A stretch of DNA of 58,990 nucleotides from Dehalococcoidia bacterium (lineage in GTDB: Bacteria > Chloroflexota > Dehalococcoidia > SHYB01 > SHYL01): the NCBI GenBank assembly GCA_009692825.1, contig SHYL01000002.1, positions 1-58,990 of the forward strand. Reading direction: 5' to 3'. The notes under the pieces were generated by a model. It ran no database searches. It had not been told where the DNA came from and saw nothing but the letters and a program-made list of their open reading frames with translations. A program made the position numbers and the translations under genes. Below, in pieces: positions 38,834 to 47,783 of the stretch (the stretch's first letter is position 1; the number at the start of each line of letters is the position of its first letter).

Positions 38834-39823
38834 CTACCTTCCTGGAGGCGTTGGCAGCCCCAGTACTGGCTCACGTGTGGCTGTGGGAACCGGGAATCCG
38901 CCTTGAGGCCTCGGCGTTGGTATACGCGCAGGAATGCTGGTGGCGTCAGGAAGAGGTGTAGAAATTCTGGGCGTCGGGGAGGCTCCCGGAGTCAGAGAGG
39001 GCTCCTGCAGCTGCTGGATAATGCCGTTGATAGTCGAAGTCCAAAAAGCTAAACCAAGATCAAATGGTATTACAGAGCCGAATTCCTGGAAGGGGAGCAC
39101 AAAATCGCCGACGATGAGGGCAAATGACGGGGTTGAAGCGACGCCTGTCTTACCGCCGTCAATAAGGTCTTTTTGAATAGCCTGGACTTTTGAATTATCG
39201 GACATACAAGTATCAAATAGTCCTGCGTCCAAACCCACTTCCCCGGCAAACTTAGTTAGGTTATCCCGGCTGAAAGCACCGATATTTGGAGTCGCTGCCT
39301 GGTTTTTGAAGAGAACATCGTGATATTGCCAGAACTTGCCCTGGTCTGCAGCGCATCTCGCCGCATGGGATGCCAAGGTGGACTCATCTACAATAGGCGT
39401 CGCCTGCCGGGCCAAAGACAGCGGCGGGCTTAGTCTAGGGTAATCTTTCCAAACGATTTGAAGAGCGCCCGCAGCAACAAACTGCTTTTCAAGCTTAGAC
39501 TGGGTATCTTCCGCAAATTTCTTGTCGCCAGAGGCCTGAAAATCGCCAAAGTGCACGATCCGTATGGGCGCATCTACCTTTCCTTTCACAGGCGCGCCGT
39601 CAAGCCCAAGGTCTGCAATCAGAACCGCGGTAGGCGGCACTGGTGTAGGGACTTGCCCGGACCCGCCGCCGTTGCCCACCACGAAGAGGCTTAATATCAT
39701 CGATAAAAGAACGAGACCACCCACAGCAAAATACATGACATTAAGAAGCCGCCTGGACGAGCTTTTATAAGCTTTCTTGGGCGGCCTTTTAGGGGAAGTC
39801 TTTTCTTCTTTTTTATCAGGCAT
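38834..39823 (-). CDS. Membrane-anchored DsbA/thioredoxin_4-like protein lacking the CXXC motif, with a Pro-rich C-terminal tail
   Basis: DAPIRIVHFGDFQASGDKKF stands where the family normally has (E/D)F.DFQCP.C..F. Downstream conserved motifs AARCAADQGKFWQYHDVLF and VASTPSF are retained. Confidence 0.75.
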   Translation of the reverse strand: MPDKKEEKTSPKRPPKKAYKSSSRRLLNVMYFAVGGLVLLSMILSLFVVGNGGGSGQVPTPVPPTAVLIADLGLDGAPVKGKVDAPIRIVHFGDFQASGDKKFAEDTQSKLEKQFVAAGALQIVWKDYPRLSPPLSLARQATPIVDESTLASHAARCAADQGKFWQYHDVLFKNQAATPNIGAFSRDNLTKFAGEVGLDAGLFDTCMSDNSKVQAIQKDLIDGGKTGVASTPSFALIVGDFVLPFQEFGSVIPFDLGLAFWTSTINGIIQQLQEPSLTPGASPTPRISTPLPDATSIPARIPTPRPQGGFPVPTATREPVLGLPTPPGR

Positions 39824-39851
39824 AAGTACTAATTAGGAATGAAAACAGGAA

Positions 39852-40037
39852 TCAGGCTAAGACTTTAGCCCTGGTGCGAAGGCATCTGGTGCAAACGTTC
39901 ATTTGCTTTGTCTTGCCGTTAACGACTAGAGCGGCTCGCTGAACGTTCGCTTTCACAGTCCTGCTCGTATGTATATTGGAATGGCTGACGTTTCTGCCAA
40001 ATCCAGTACCTTTGCCGCAAACATCACACTTTGCCAA
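39852..40037 (-). CDS. rpmB: 50S ribosomal protein L28
   Basis: MAKCDVCGKGTGFGRNVSHSNIHTSRTVKANVQ is typical of L28. Confidence 0.9.
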   Translation of the reverse strand: MAKCDVCGKGTGFGRNVSHSNIHTSRTVKANVQRAALVVNGKTKQMNVCTRCLRTRAKVLA

Positions 40038-40135
40038 TGGTTTCTCCCTTTGCTAGAATGCTCCACTATACTACCATAAGCCCTACTTCTAACAAGGAAC
40101 GCCGTCTTCACCCATTCGTTACGTGGGAATCGCTC

Positions 40136-41779
40136 ATGGCAACAAAAAAGCCACCCGGTCAGAAAATAACAAGCAACGCCGGAAAAACAAGCTCAGCCCT
40201 CACGCCTGAATTTATCGATGGCCCCCGGCTATTTGAGATGCTCCAAGCTGCCTGTGACGGCTTAGAACGTAACCAGGACGCAATCAACTCTCTTAACGTA
40301 TTCCCTGTGCCTGATGGCGATACAGGTACAAACATGCTGCTGACTATGAAAAGCGCACTGAGGGAATGTAAGTCCGTATCAAGAACTGCCTCTAATATCG
40401 CTGCATCGGCTGCAAAAGGTGCGCTGATGGGGGCGAGAGGCAACAGCGGCGTGATCCTGTCCCAGATAATGCGAGGTTTAGCGTCCGCAGTCGAGGGTCA
40501 TGATAGTATGGATGCGAAGCTCTTTTCAGACGGACTATCTGCCGCCAGTCAAGCTGCATATAAAGCGGTGAGTAAGCCTGTTGAAGGCACTATGCTTACC
40601 GTGATACGTGACGCCTCGGAAGCCGCAAAGCGAGATATTTCTGGCAGCATATCAGGTGTAATGAAGGCTGCCTCCCAAGCAGCCGAAAATGCCGTGTTAA
40701 AAACTCCTGAAATACTGCCGATGCTGAAAGAAGCTGGAGTCGTAGATTCAGGAGGGCAGGGTGTCGCGGTGATCCTGCGGTCAATGTATAGGTGTCTTGT
40801 TGGAGATATCACTCCCACAGCAATAGTGACAGCCTCAACAAGTGCCATTAGCTCATCCCACAATGCCGAGGATGGCTATGGGTATTGCACTGAATTCCTA
40901 ATCGAAGGGCATAAGCTGGACACGGAAGCGATTCGGAAGCAGGTCATGGCCCTAGGCGGATCGATTTTGGTTGCGGGAGACACTACGCTTGTGAAGGTAC
41001 ATTTGCACACAAGCGACCCGGGCAAAGCTTTAAGCCTGAGTGTCCGTCTGGGCTCCATTAAAGGAATAAAGATTGATAATATCGATTCCCAGCACGCAGA
41101 ATACATAAAGGCTCACAATCTTAAACCGCTGGCCGTGGTAGCCGTTGCTTTAGGAGACGGCTTCACCGAAATTTTCAGAGGTCTAGGAGTGGACGAAATC
41201 GTTAAGGGTGGGCAGACGATGAACCCAAGCGCCGAAGATTTGAGACAGGCCGTCGACAGAGCGCCATCCACAAATGTCATCTTATTGCCGAATAACCCTA
41301 ACGTGGTTATGACAGCAAATATCGTATCTCAACTGTCTACCAAAAACGTAAGAGTGGTCCCCACGCGCTCTATACCTCAAGGCATCGCAGCTGTACTAGC
41401 GATGGACCCTGAAGGTGAGCTTACATCAAATTCTTCCGCAATGACAAGTGCAATCGCAAAGATTGGCACGCTGGAGCTTTGCAAGGCTACGAAGTCCACT
41501 TCTGTAAATGGCATAAAGATCAAAAAGGGACAGCCGATAGTTTTGAGCGAAGGCGAGATATCATTCAGTGGAAACGATTTCGAATCATTAATCTGCGAGG
41601 CGCTAAGGAAGAACAATCTGAAGGATGGAATGCTCGTTACTTTATACTTCGGGAAAGACGCAAGCGCGGAGTCTACCAAATCTGTGATGAGCCTGATAAG
41701 AGCATCATTCCCGTCTATGCAAGTGGAGTTGATAAATGGCGGCCAGCCACATTACGAATATATCGTTTCATATGAATAA
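40136..41779 (+). CDS. fakA: DAK2-domain protein YloV/FakA-like (fatty acid kinase catalytic subunit)
   Basis: DAK2 motif VFPVPDGDTGTNM. The Met at 40136 avoids the extension that would overlap rpmB. Confidence 0.8.
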   Translation: MATKKPPGQKITSNAGKTSSALTPEFIDGPRLFEMLQAACDGLERNQDAINSLNVFPVPDGDTGTNMLLTMKSALRECKSVSRTASNIAASAAKGALMGARGNSGVILSQIMRGLASAVEGHDSMDAKLFSDGLSAASQAAYKAVSKPVEGTMLTVIRDASEAAKRDISGSISGVMKAASQAAENAVLKTPEILPMLKEAGVVDSGGQGVAVILRSMYRCLVGDITPTAIVTASTSAISSSHNAEDGYGYCTEFLIEGHKLDTEAIRKQVMALGGSILVAGDTTLVKVHLHTSDPGKALSLSVRLGSIKGIKIDNIDSQHAEYIKAHNLKPLAVVAVALGDGFTEIFRGLGVDEIVKGGQTMNPSAEDLRQAVDRAPSTNVILLPNNPNVVMTANIVSQLSTKNVRVVPTRSIPQGIAAVLAMDPEGELTSNSSAMTSAIAKIGTLELCKATKSTSVNGIKIKKGQPIVLSEGEISFSGNDFESLICEALRKNNLKDGMLVTLYFGKDASAESTKSVMSLIRASFPSMQVELINGGQPHYEYIVSYE

Positions 41780-41785
41780 CCTCGC

Positions 41786-42616
41786 ATGACTGTAAGAATC
41801 GTAACTGACAGCACAGCCGATATCCCATCCGACGTTGCAAAATCACTGGATATAACAGTGGTTCCTCTCAGCGTTCGCTTCGGGTCTGAGTCTTTTAAAG
41901 ACGGCGTAGAAATAAGCTCAGACCAATTCTTTGAAAAACTTCAGAAGAACCAGGTCCTTCCGAAAACTTCTCAACCGTCCGTAGGTGAATTTCTTGAAAT
42001 GTACAGCGGATTTGCTAGAGACCAGATCGTGTCTATCCACGTAGCGCAGCAATTAAGCGGTACGTTTAACTCAGCAACGGTTGCTGCCCAGCTAGCCGGT
42101 GCTGAGCGGATTGCCGTCGTAGACTCACGCCTAGTATCTATGGGTCTTGGCATGGTGGTCATAGAGACAGCTAAGAAAACAAACGCAGGGATGGGATTCA
42201 GAGAGGCTTCACAATATGCCACGGATTGCATTAAGAGGGTCCATTGTCTGTTAACGCTTGATACTCTGGAATATTTGCAAAAGGGCGGGCGTATCGGGAA
42301 GGCACAGGCCTTCCTGGGCTCAACACTCGGCATAAGGCCTCTGTTATCCGTAAAGGATGGAGAAGTCCACCCCGTGGAGCGATTGAGGACGCGCGCTAAA
42401 GCCATCGAACGTGTTCTTGAACTGACCAATGCTATACCAAAGGCAAGCCGGTACTACGTTATGCACAGCGTTGCCCAACAGGACGCCGAAACAGTGGCAA
42501 AACGACTGCGTGACTCTTTCCCAGGCAAAGAAGTCGGTATCGGCAAGCTCGGCCCGGTAATCGGTGTATACGCGGGACCAGGCACAGTAGGCGTAGCAAC
42601 CCTAGAAGCGGAGTAA
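41786..42616 (+). CDS. DegV family fatty-acid-binding protein (FakB-like)
   Basis: IVTDSTADIP N-terminus and a DegV pattern throughout. Confidence 0.9.
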   Translation: MTVRIVTDSTADIPSDVAKSLDITVVPLSVRFGSESFKDGVEISSDQFFEKLQKNQVLPKTSQPSVGEFLEMYSGFARDQIVSIHVAQQLSGTFNSATVAAQLAGAERIAVVDSRLVSMGLGMVVIETAKKTNAGMGFREASQYATDCIKRVHCLLTLDTLEYLQKGGRIGKAQAFLGSTLGIRPLLSVKDGEVHPVERLRTRAKAIERVLELTNAIPKASRYYVMHSVAQQDAETVAKRLRDSFPGKEVGIGKLGPVIGVYAGPGTVGVATLEAE

Positions 42617-42647
42617 CGCTCCTCATGAACGCCATTAATACATTCTT

Positions 42648-45113
42648 ATGACTTCTCAAAGCCAAACTAACGAGCGACTCATCACGCTTGGGAAAATACT
42701 ATCGCTAGAAAAGAGCAAAGGGTTTACCGATTCAACCGTAGCCGGCGGCCTCGATAAATTTCTCCAGAACTTTCAGGCCTCCAACCCTGACATGAGCAAA
42801 GCGCCAGCAGGTATTAAACGCGGTGCGGATTTTAGATACGCCTCGTTATCGCTAAATGACCGCAAGGCGTGGGTGGAGAAAGCGCTCGCCTGGATTGCAA
42901 ACCCAAACGCTGCTGAAGAGCAACCCTCTATAGCCAGCAAACCTGCCATCTCAGTGCCAAGGCCTGCGACTCAGGAACGAACCACCTTTGATTTGGCCAT
43001 GAAAGTGCAGTACGTGAAGGGGGTGGGGCCAAAGATTGGGGAGTTTCTGGAAAAACTCAACGTGGAAACTCTGCGTGACCTCCTATATCTATTCCCTCGG
43101 AGACATGATGATTTCTCTCACAAGGCCAGGATCGCAGACCTGGTTGCAGGCCAGGAATACACAGTTCTAGCCACTATTTGGAGCGCACACGAAGCGACGG
43201 TAGGCCCCAGACGCAAGATGATTGAGGCGACCGTTGGTGACGATTCCGGGAACATACGTGCCATCTGGTTCAATCAACCATACCTGCTGCCCAAGCTTAA
43301 AGAGGGCTCGCAGATCGTGATCAGTGGAAGGATAAGTTTTTTCAAAAACAGGCCAGTATTTCAGCACCCGGAGTATGAATTCGTTGCCGAGGATGAAGAC
43401 CTTGAGAAATTACTTCACACTGGAAGACTCGTCCCAGTCTATCCATCAACTGAAGGCCTGCAGCAGAGGACACTGAGACGAATATTAAAAGGCGCACTGG
43501 ACGTTTATTCCCCGTCTGTCCCTGATTTCCTTCCGTCAGCGATGATTCCGCGCAATAACCTGGTTCCACTCTCTTCGGCCTTAAATCAGATGCATTACCC
43601 AGACTCGCAGACGGATAAAGACCTGGCAAAGCGAAGGCTAAGCTTTGACGAGCTTCTGCTTATGCAATTGATAGTGCAGTCCCGCAGACGAGAATGGCAG
43701 GAAGTCCCCGCCAACGCCATGAAGCTAAATCAAAAGTTGATTTCAGGACTTCAGGCAGGCTTACCGTTCAAACTCACAAAAGCACAACAAAAAACACTGG
43801 ACCAGATATTGGAAGATATCAAGCAGACGCGCCCCATGAGCCGACTGCTTCAGGGCGACGTTGGCAGCGGTAAGACAGTCGTTGCCGCGATCGCCATGCT
43901 CACAGTAGTTGAAAATGGGTTCCAGTCCGCACTTATGGCGCCTACCGAAATACTTGCGGGTCAGCACTTTCGCTCTGTAAGAAAAATGCTTGACAAATTC
44001 CAGCCATCGGACGCCGGGCCGGATATGTTTTCGGTAACTATTCCAGATAAAAAACATCCTGTGACAATAGGATTGCTTACCGGAAGCACGCGTAAAAAAA
44101 CAAGAGTAGAAATCCTGGATAAGCTGAAGAGTAAATCGCTGGATATCCTCATCGGAACACACGCGGTTATCCAGAAAGACGTCGAGTTTGGGAGGCTCGG
44201 CATGGCAGTCGTAGACGAACAGCACCGCTTTGGCGTAGAGCAGCGCCAGAGCTTGCGGCAGAAAGGCTACAACCCGCACCTGCTGGTGATGACTGCCACT
44301 CCAATCCCAAGAACTCTAGCCCTTACGTTCTACGGCAACCTCGACGTATCCGTAATTGATGAGATGCCTCCCGGCAGGCAGGAAATCGTTACGAGGAAGC
44401 TAGCGCCGCAGCAGAGAGAGCGTGCTTATGACTTCGTAAGGGCGCAAGTTACTGAGGGCCGCCAGGTGTTCATCATCTGCCCGCTTATCGAAGAGTCAGA
44501 AGCATTGGACGGTAAAGCCGCCGTCAAGGAGTTCGAGCGCCTGCGCAAAGAAGTATTCCCAGACTTAAGCGAGCGCATGGGACTGCTCCACGGCCGAATG
44601 ACTCCCAAAGAAAAAGACAAGGCCATGGAAGATTTCCGTTTAGGCCATACTGCCATCCTGGTGTCAACGCCTGTCGTTGAGGTTGGAATCGATATTCCAA
44701 ACGCAACGGTTATGCTTATAGAATCGGCCGACCGGTTCGGCCTATCGCAGCTTCATCAGTTCCGCGGCCGTGTAGGACGGGGCCAATACAAGAGCTACTG
44801 CCTTCTCCTGACTGAAAGCTTCTCAAAAGATGCCGCAGAACGGCTGGCTGTTATGGAACAGACCATCAACGGTTTCGAGCTGGCTCAGAAAGACCTAGAG
44901 CTTCGAGGGCCCGGCGAATTCTTCGGGACAAGGCAAAGTGGACTCCCCGACCTCAGAATCGCCGACTTGTCAGATACGCGCCTCATAGAGGTAACGCACG
45001 AGGAAGCCAGCCACCTTTTAAGTTCAGATCCAAAACTAGCCAGGCCTGAAAACAGGCCACTCGCTAAAGAACTTCGCCTTTTCTCAGGCGACTTTAACAC
45101 TGAGGCTAGTTAA
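42648..45113 (+). CDS. recG: ATP-dependent DNA helicase RecG
   Basis: LTKAQQKTLDQI, GDVGSGKT, DEQHRFG and QLHQFRGRVGRG motifs. It has a long N-terminal extension. Confidence 0.95.
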   Translation: MTSQSQTNERLITLGKILSLEKSKGFTDSTVAGGLDKFLQNFQASNPDMSKAPAGIKRGADFRYASLSLNDRKAWVEKALAWIANPNAAEEQPSIASKPAISVPRPATQERTTFDLAMKVQYVKGVGPKIGEFLEKLNVETLRDLLYLFPRRHDDFSHKARIADLVAGQEYTVLATIWSAHEATVGPRRKMIEATVGDDSGNIRAIWFNQPYLLPKLKEGSQIVISGRISFFKNRPVFQHPEYEFVAEDEDLEKLLHTGRLVPVYPSTEGLQQRTLRRILKGALDVYSPSVPDFLPSAMIPRNNLVPLSSALNQMHYPDSQTDKDLAKRRLSFDELLLMQLIVQSRRREWQEVPANAMKLNQKLISGLQAGLPFKLTKAQQKTLDQILEDIKQTRPMSRLLQGDVGSGKTVVAAIAMLTVVENGFQSALMAPTEILAGQHFRSVRKMLDKFQPSDAGPDMFSVTIPDKKHPVTIGLLTGSTRKKTRVEILDKLKSKSLDILIGTHAVIQKDVEFGRLGMAVVDEQHRFGVEQRQSLRQKGYNPHLLVMTATPIPRTLALTFYGNLDVSVIDEMPPGRQEIVTRKLAPQQRERAYDFVRAQVTEGRQVFIICPLIEESEALDGKAAVKEFERLRKEVFPDLSERMGLLHGRMTPKEKDKAMEDFRLGHTAILVSTPVVEVGIDIPNATVMLIESADRFGLSQLHQFRGRVGRGQYKSYCLLLTESFSKDAAERLAVMEQTINGFELAQKDLELRGPGEFFGTRQSGLPDLRIADLSDTRLIEVTHEEASHLLSSDPKLARPENRPLAKELRLFSGDFNTEAS

Positions 45114-45522
45114 GTCCGTTGGTCGCGGTACCAGTAGTTGGATATGGATACTCAACATGCTGCATCTCTGAGAGCTGAGCAGCAGGCTGTATCTCCTTGG
45201 ACTCATAGGATGGAGACGTAAGAGCGTTCCCGCTCATGGAAGGCATATCTGCCTTGGCATAATATCCATTCTCATGCTTCGATGACGATTCGGCATCGCG
45301 CGCGGTGCTGAGCACCAAAACATCAAAACCGTCGTTGCCCCGGCGTGTCCATTTGGCAACAATCCTTGTGATCCCGCTGCCTGTAGCAGAGTTGGCGATG
45401 TGATCCGCGAAGTCTTTGCACTGTGATGGATCCATCTCCAGGATGACTTCATGATTTGTTACATATGCCCTGTGTCCTTTGACTCTTCCTAATTCGTTGA
45501 CTTTGATTTCTTTACTTCGCAT
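45106..45522 (-). CDS. Hypothetical protein (138 aa), no recognised family
   Basis: It has a strong RBS (GGAGG 5 nt before the ATG) and a canonical promoter. An N-terminal domain of about 85 aa is followed by a low-complexity tail. It overlaps the recG 3' end by 8 nt. Confidence 0.6.
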   Translation of the reverse strand: MRSKEIKVNELGRVKGHRAYVTNHEVILEMDPSQCKDFADHIANSATGSGITRIVAKWTRRGNDGFDVLVLSTARDAESSSKHENGYYAKADMPSMSGNALTSPSYESKEIQPAAQLSEMQHVEYPYPTTGTATNGLN

Positions 45523-45550
45523 AAGTACCTCCGTTTGAGAAATTAACAGA

Positions 45551-45579
45551 ATATTAAATTAGTTTTAGACTAATGTCAA
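45551..45579 (-). promoter_or_regulatory. Near-consensus sigma70-type promoter for the 138-aa gene
   Basis: On the minus strand: TTGACA (complement of 45574-45579), 17 nt, TAATAT (complement of 45551-45556). Confidence 0.55.
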
Positions 45580-45672
45580 TAAAGATTTGTACCAAAAATT
45601 GACAATCTGTGACCTATCAGGCCTTTTAGACAATTTGAGAAAGGGGTAAGAAAGTTGTGGGACTAGGAGGCC

Positions 45673-46822
45673 CTAATCGAAATAAGAGGCGTTAACCGAT
45701 AACGCCGGAGGAAGAAGCGTAGTCACGCAGTTCCACGTGTCACCTTCGTCATTGCTTGCATAAAGATCTCCGGTGTCAATGGGAAGGTACACGCCAGCCG
45801 GGTCCACACTATCTGTACACATACCTACGCGATACATGCCCGTGAATGCATTTTTCTGGGGGAGGCCTTCGGTAAGCGTATCCCAGCTTTTATCTGCATT
45901 CCTTGTACGGTAAACACTCAGCTTGCCATCGGGGGGCAGCGCAGCTCGCCGCCGCCAAGCGGCGCAACATATGCAACATCGGGATTGTTTGGGTGAGCAG
46001 CCATAACCATGCCAAAATCAGATGGCAGTCCCTCAGCGATGTCTGTCCACAATTTTGCGGCGTCGTCGCTGCGGTAAATGCCCCAATGGGTCTGCGCGTA
46101 AAAACGTGTCTGCCTCCAGCTGCCACGAGGTAATGGCCGCGCTGCCCAACCTCGAGATATTTCTCCATCTTTGGGTCGTACTTGGCGAGGATATTTTTTA
46201 AGTTGCTGTTCATTGGACTCCAGGTCTTTCCAGCATTCTGTGTTGAAAAGACTCCGGCAGCAGAAATCGCAATGGATACGTGATCAGGCTTGGCCTGGTC
46301 CACGATGCTCGAATGAAGGCAGAGGCCTCCGGCCCTGGGTCCCCACTCGTCACGTGTGGAGTGTTTTGTGAGGGAAAGTAATCTCTTCCCATGTTTCGCA
46401 ATTGTCTGTGGACCGGAATAAGGCCGCGGATGCCACGCCGCAGTATATAAGGCCCGGGCGAGAAGCGGGGCCTAGCTCGATGTGCCAGATACGCTCGAGC
46501 TTGAGCAATGCTTGGACATTGGCCAGCTCTGCTTCTGACAGGCTAAACGAATCCCCAAGAATTGCCTTTCCGGGGAAAGCAGGGCTTTTCTTCGAATCGT
46601 GCCATGTCTTAGCAAGGTCGTCTGAATACTGGATCCTATTACTAAACCAGGGGTCATTTACAAGGGCGAACAGCCTCCCAGTCCTGCGGTCAATCACAGA
46701 ATGGTAAAACTCGCTTCCCGGGAGGAAGGGTCCTGATAATATCCATTTATCGCGGCTTTTGCCGCTCTGGAATAAGAAAAGTCCTTTTTAGTCCCGAGAG
46801 ATAATACGACTTTGCTGCTCAT
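45673..46822 (-). pseudogene. BNR/Asp-box repeat beta-propeller (sialidase-like) gene disrupted by at least 4 frameshifts
   Basis: Asp-box motifs YSDDLAKTW, RSTDNCETW, STQNAGKTW, YRSDDAAKLW, TRNADKSW and SNDEGDTW are spread over three frames. Shifts occur near 46781-46786, 46350-46365, 46110-46125 and the G6 run at 45931-45936. Confidence 0.7.
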
Positions 46823-47670
46823 TAAGCGCTCCTTAGCTTCGACTTGAATTCCTCATACTCGCGTGGCAATTCGTCAGCTGATTTGTAGCCTCTGCTCTCT
46901 GCAAGAATAGCGTCAAGATCGCCAGAACCTACGAGTTGGCTCAGGCACTCGTACACCTCTTTTGTGATCAGCTCCTGGTTCACAAAGCGTTTCAATACAT
47001 CGAAGGATTCCTTGAGGCTTTCTTTGCGGCGGCCGTAGTAGTCTCTTCCTCTGCGTATGTTGTTGTAGGCTTCGAGGTTTTCACACGCGACGAGAATCAT
47101 GCCCATTAATCGGCTGTCCTTGTCTGAAGATTTAGCAAGGTATTCTGGATAGTAGTAATAAAGCATCACCTTTACCATCCAGCTGTTAATCTTTACTCCG
47201 AGCTTTTCGAACTCTTTCTCGTGCTTTTTAATCTCGACTTTCAAGAGCCTCTCGAAGTTCATGCGCATCTCGATGTGCCGGCGGACACGGTCGTTAAGCG
47301 CGATCCCATACTTTTTCAGCACTGGCTTAACTAATCGTTCGTAAAATATCGCGGCCTGTGCCTTCTTCACGTTGGAATATTGATTGATAAGGTCAGTCAC
47401 TCTCACAGGCAAGCCTTCTGCCTGAGCGTAATTGAATATCTTAGAGAAAAGCTCTGGTTCCAGACCAACGCGGCCCAGATCATGTAAAAGGGTGGTAATC
47501 TCGAATTCCTGGAGTGTTTCGCCGCTTATGCCAAGGCGCCGTGCGACTTTGATTACGATGCGCGAGGTGCGCTCTGCGTGCTCTTTGTCATAACCGGGTA
47601 TGACCTTTCCAGTCACAGGATCATGGTAGTCATACATAGCCAGCAGTTTCCGGCGAATGCTGTTGTTCAT
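46822..47670 (-). CDS. HD-domain phosphohydrolase-family protein (divergent)
   Basis: EHAERTSRIV ... TTLLHDLGR (H...HD). Its stop overlaps the BNR start as TAATG. Confidence 0.7.
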   Translation of the reverse strand: MNNSIRRKLLAMYDYHDPVTGKVIPGYDKEHAERTSRIVIKVARRLGISGETLQEFEITTLLHDLGRVGLEPELFSKIFNYAQAEGLPVRVTDLINQYSNVKKAQAAIFYERLVKPVLKKYGIALNDRVRRHIEMRMNFERLLKVEIKKHEKEFEKLGVKINSWMVKVMLYYYYPEYLAKSSDKDSRLMGMILVACENLEAYNNIRRGRDYYGRRKESLKESFDVLKRFVNQELITKEVYECLSQLVGSGDLDAILAESRGYKSADELPREYEEFKSKLRSA

Positions 47671-47783
47671 TAGCTAATCAGGGCAGGAATCAAACGCTTT
47701 TTATTCTTATCATCGTATTGCGAAACTGTATCCAAAATATAAAAGCTAAGCAAGCCCACTCAAGGGAAATCTGAAAGTTTCGC

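Noticed and set aside
40031-40135. N-terminal 35-residue extension of the YloV/FakA ORF, overlapping rpmB
   Set aside because: The extension has no family similarity and overlaps the divergent rpmB start. The Met at 40136 gives a normal DAK2-protein N-terminus.
43761-44279. 172-aa minus-strand ORF inside recG, and similar antisense ORFs at 23270-23773, 13716-14213, 11668-12153 and 41971-42429
   Set aside because: All are embedded antisense in strongly supported conserved genes and carry no recognisable motifs.
45620-45672. Imperfect long hairpin (GGCCTTTTAG...CTAGGAGGCC with inner ACAATTT/AAGTTGT) just past the BNR pseudogene stop
   Set aside because: On the minus (gene) strand the wobble pairs become C.A mismatches, and no T-tract follows. 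On the plus strand there is no promoter or upstream gene to make sense of it. That is too weak to call a terminator or ncRNA.
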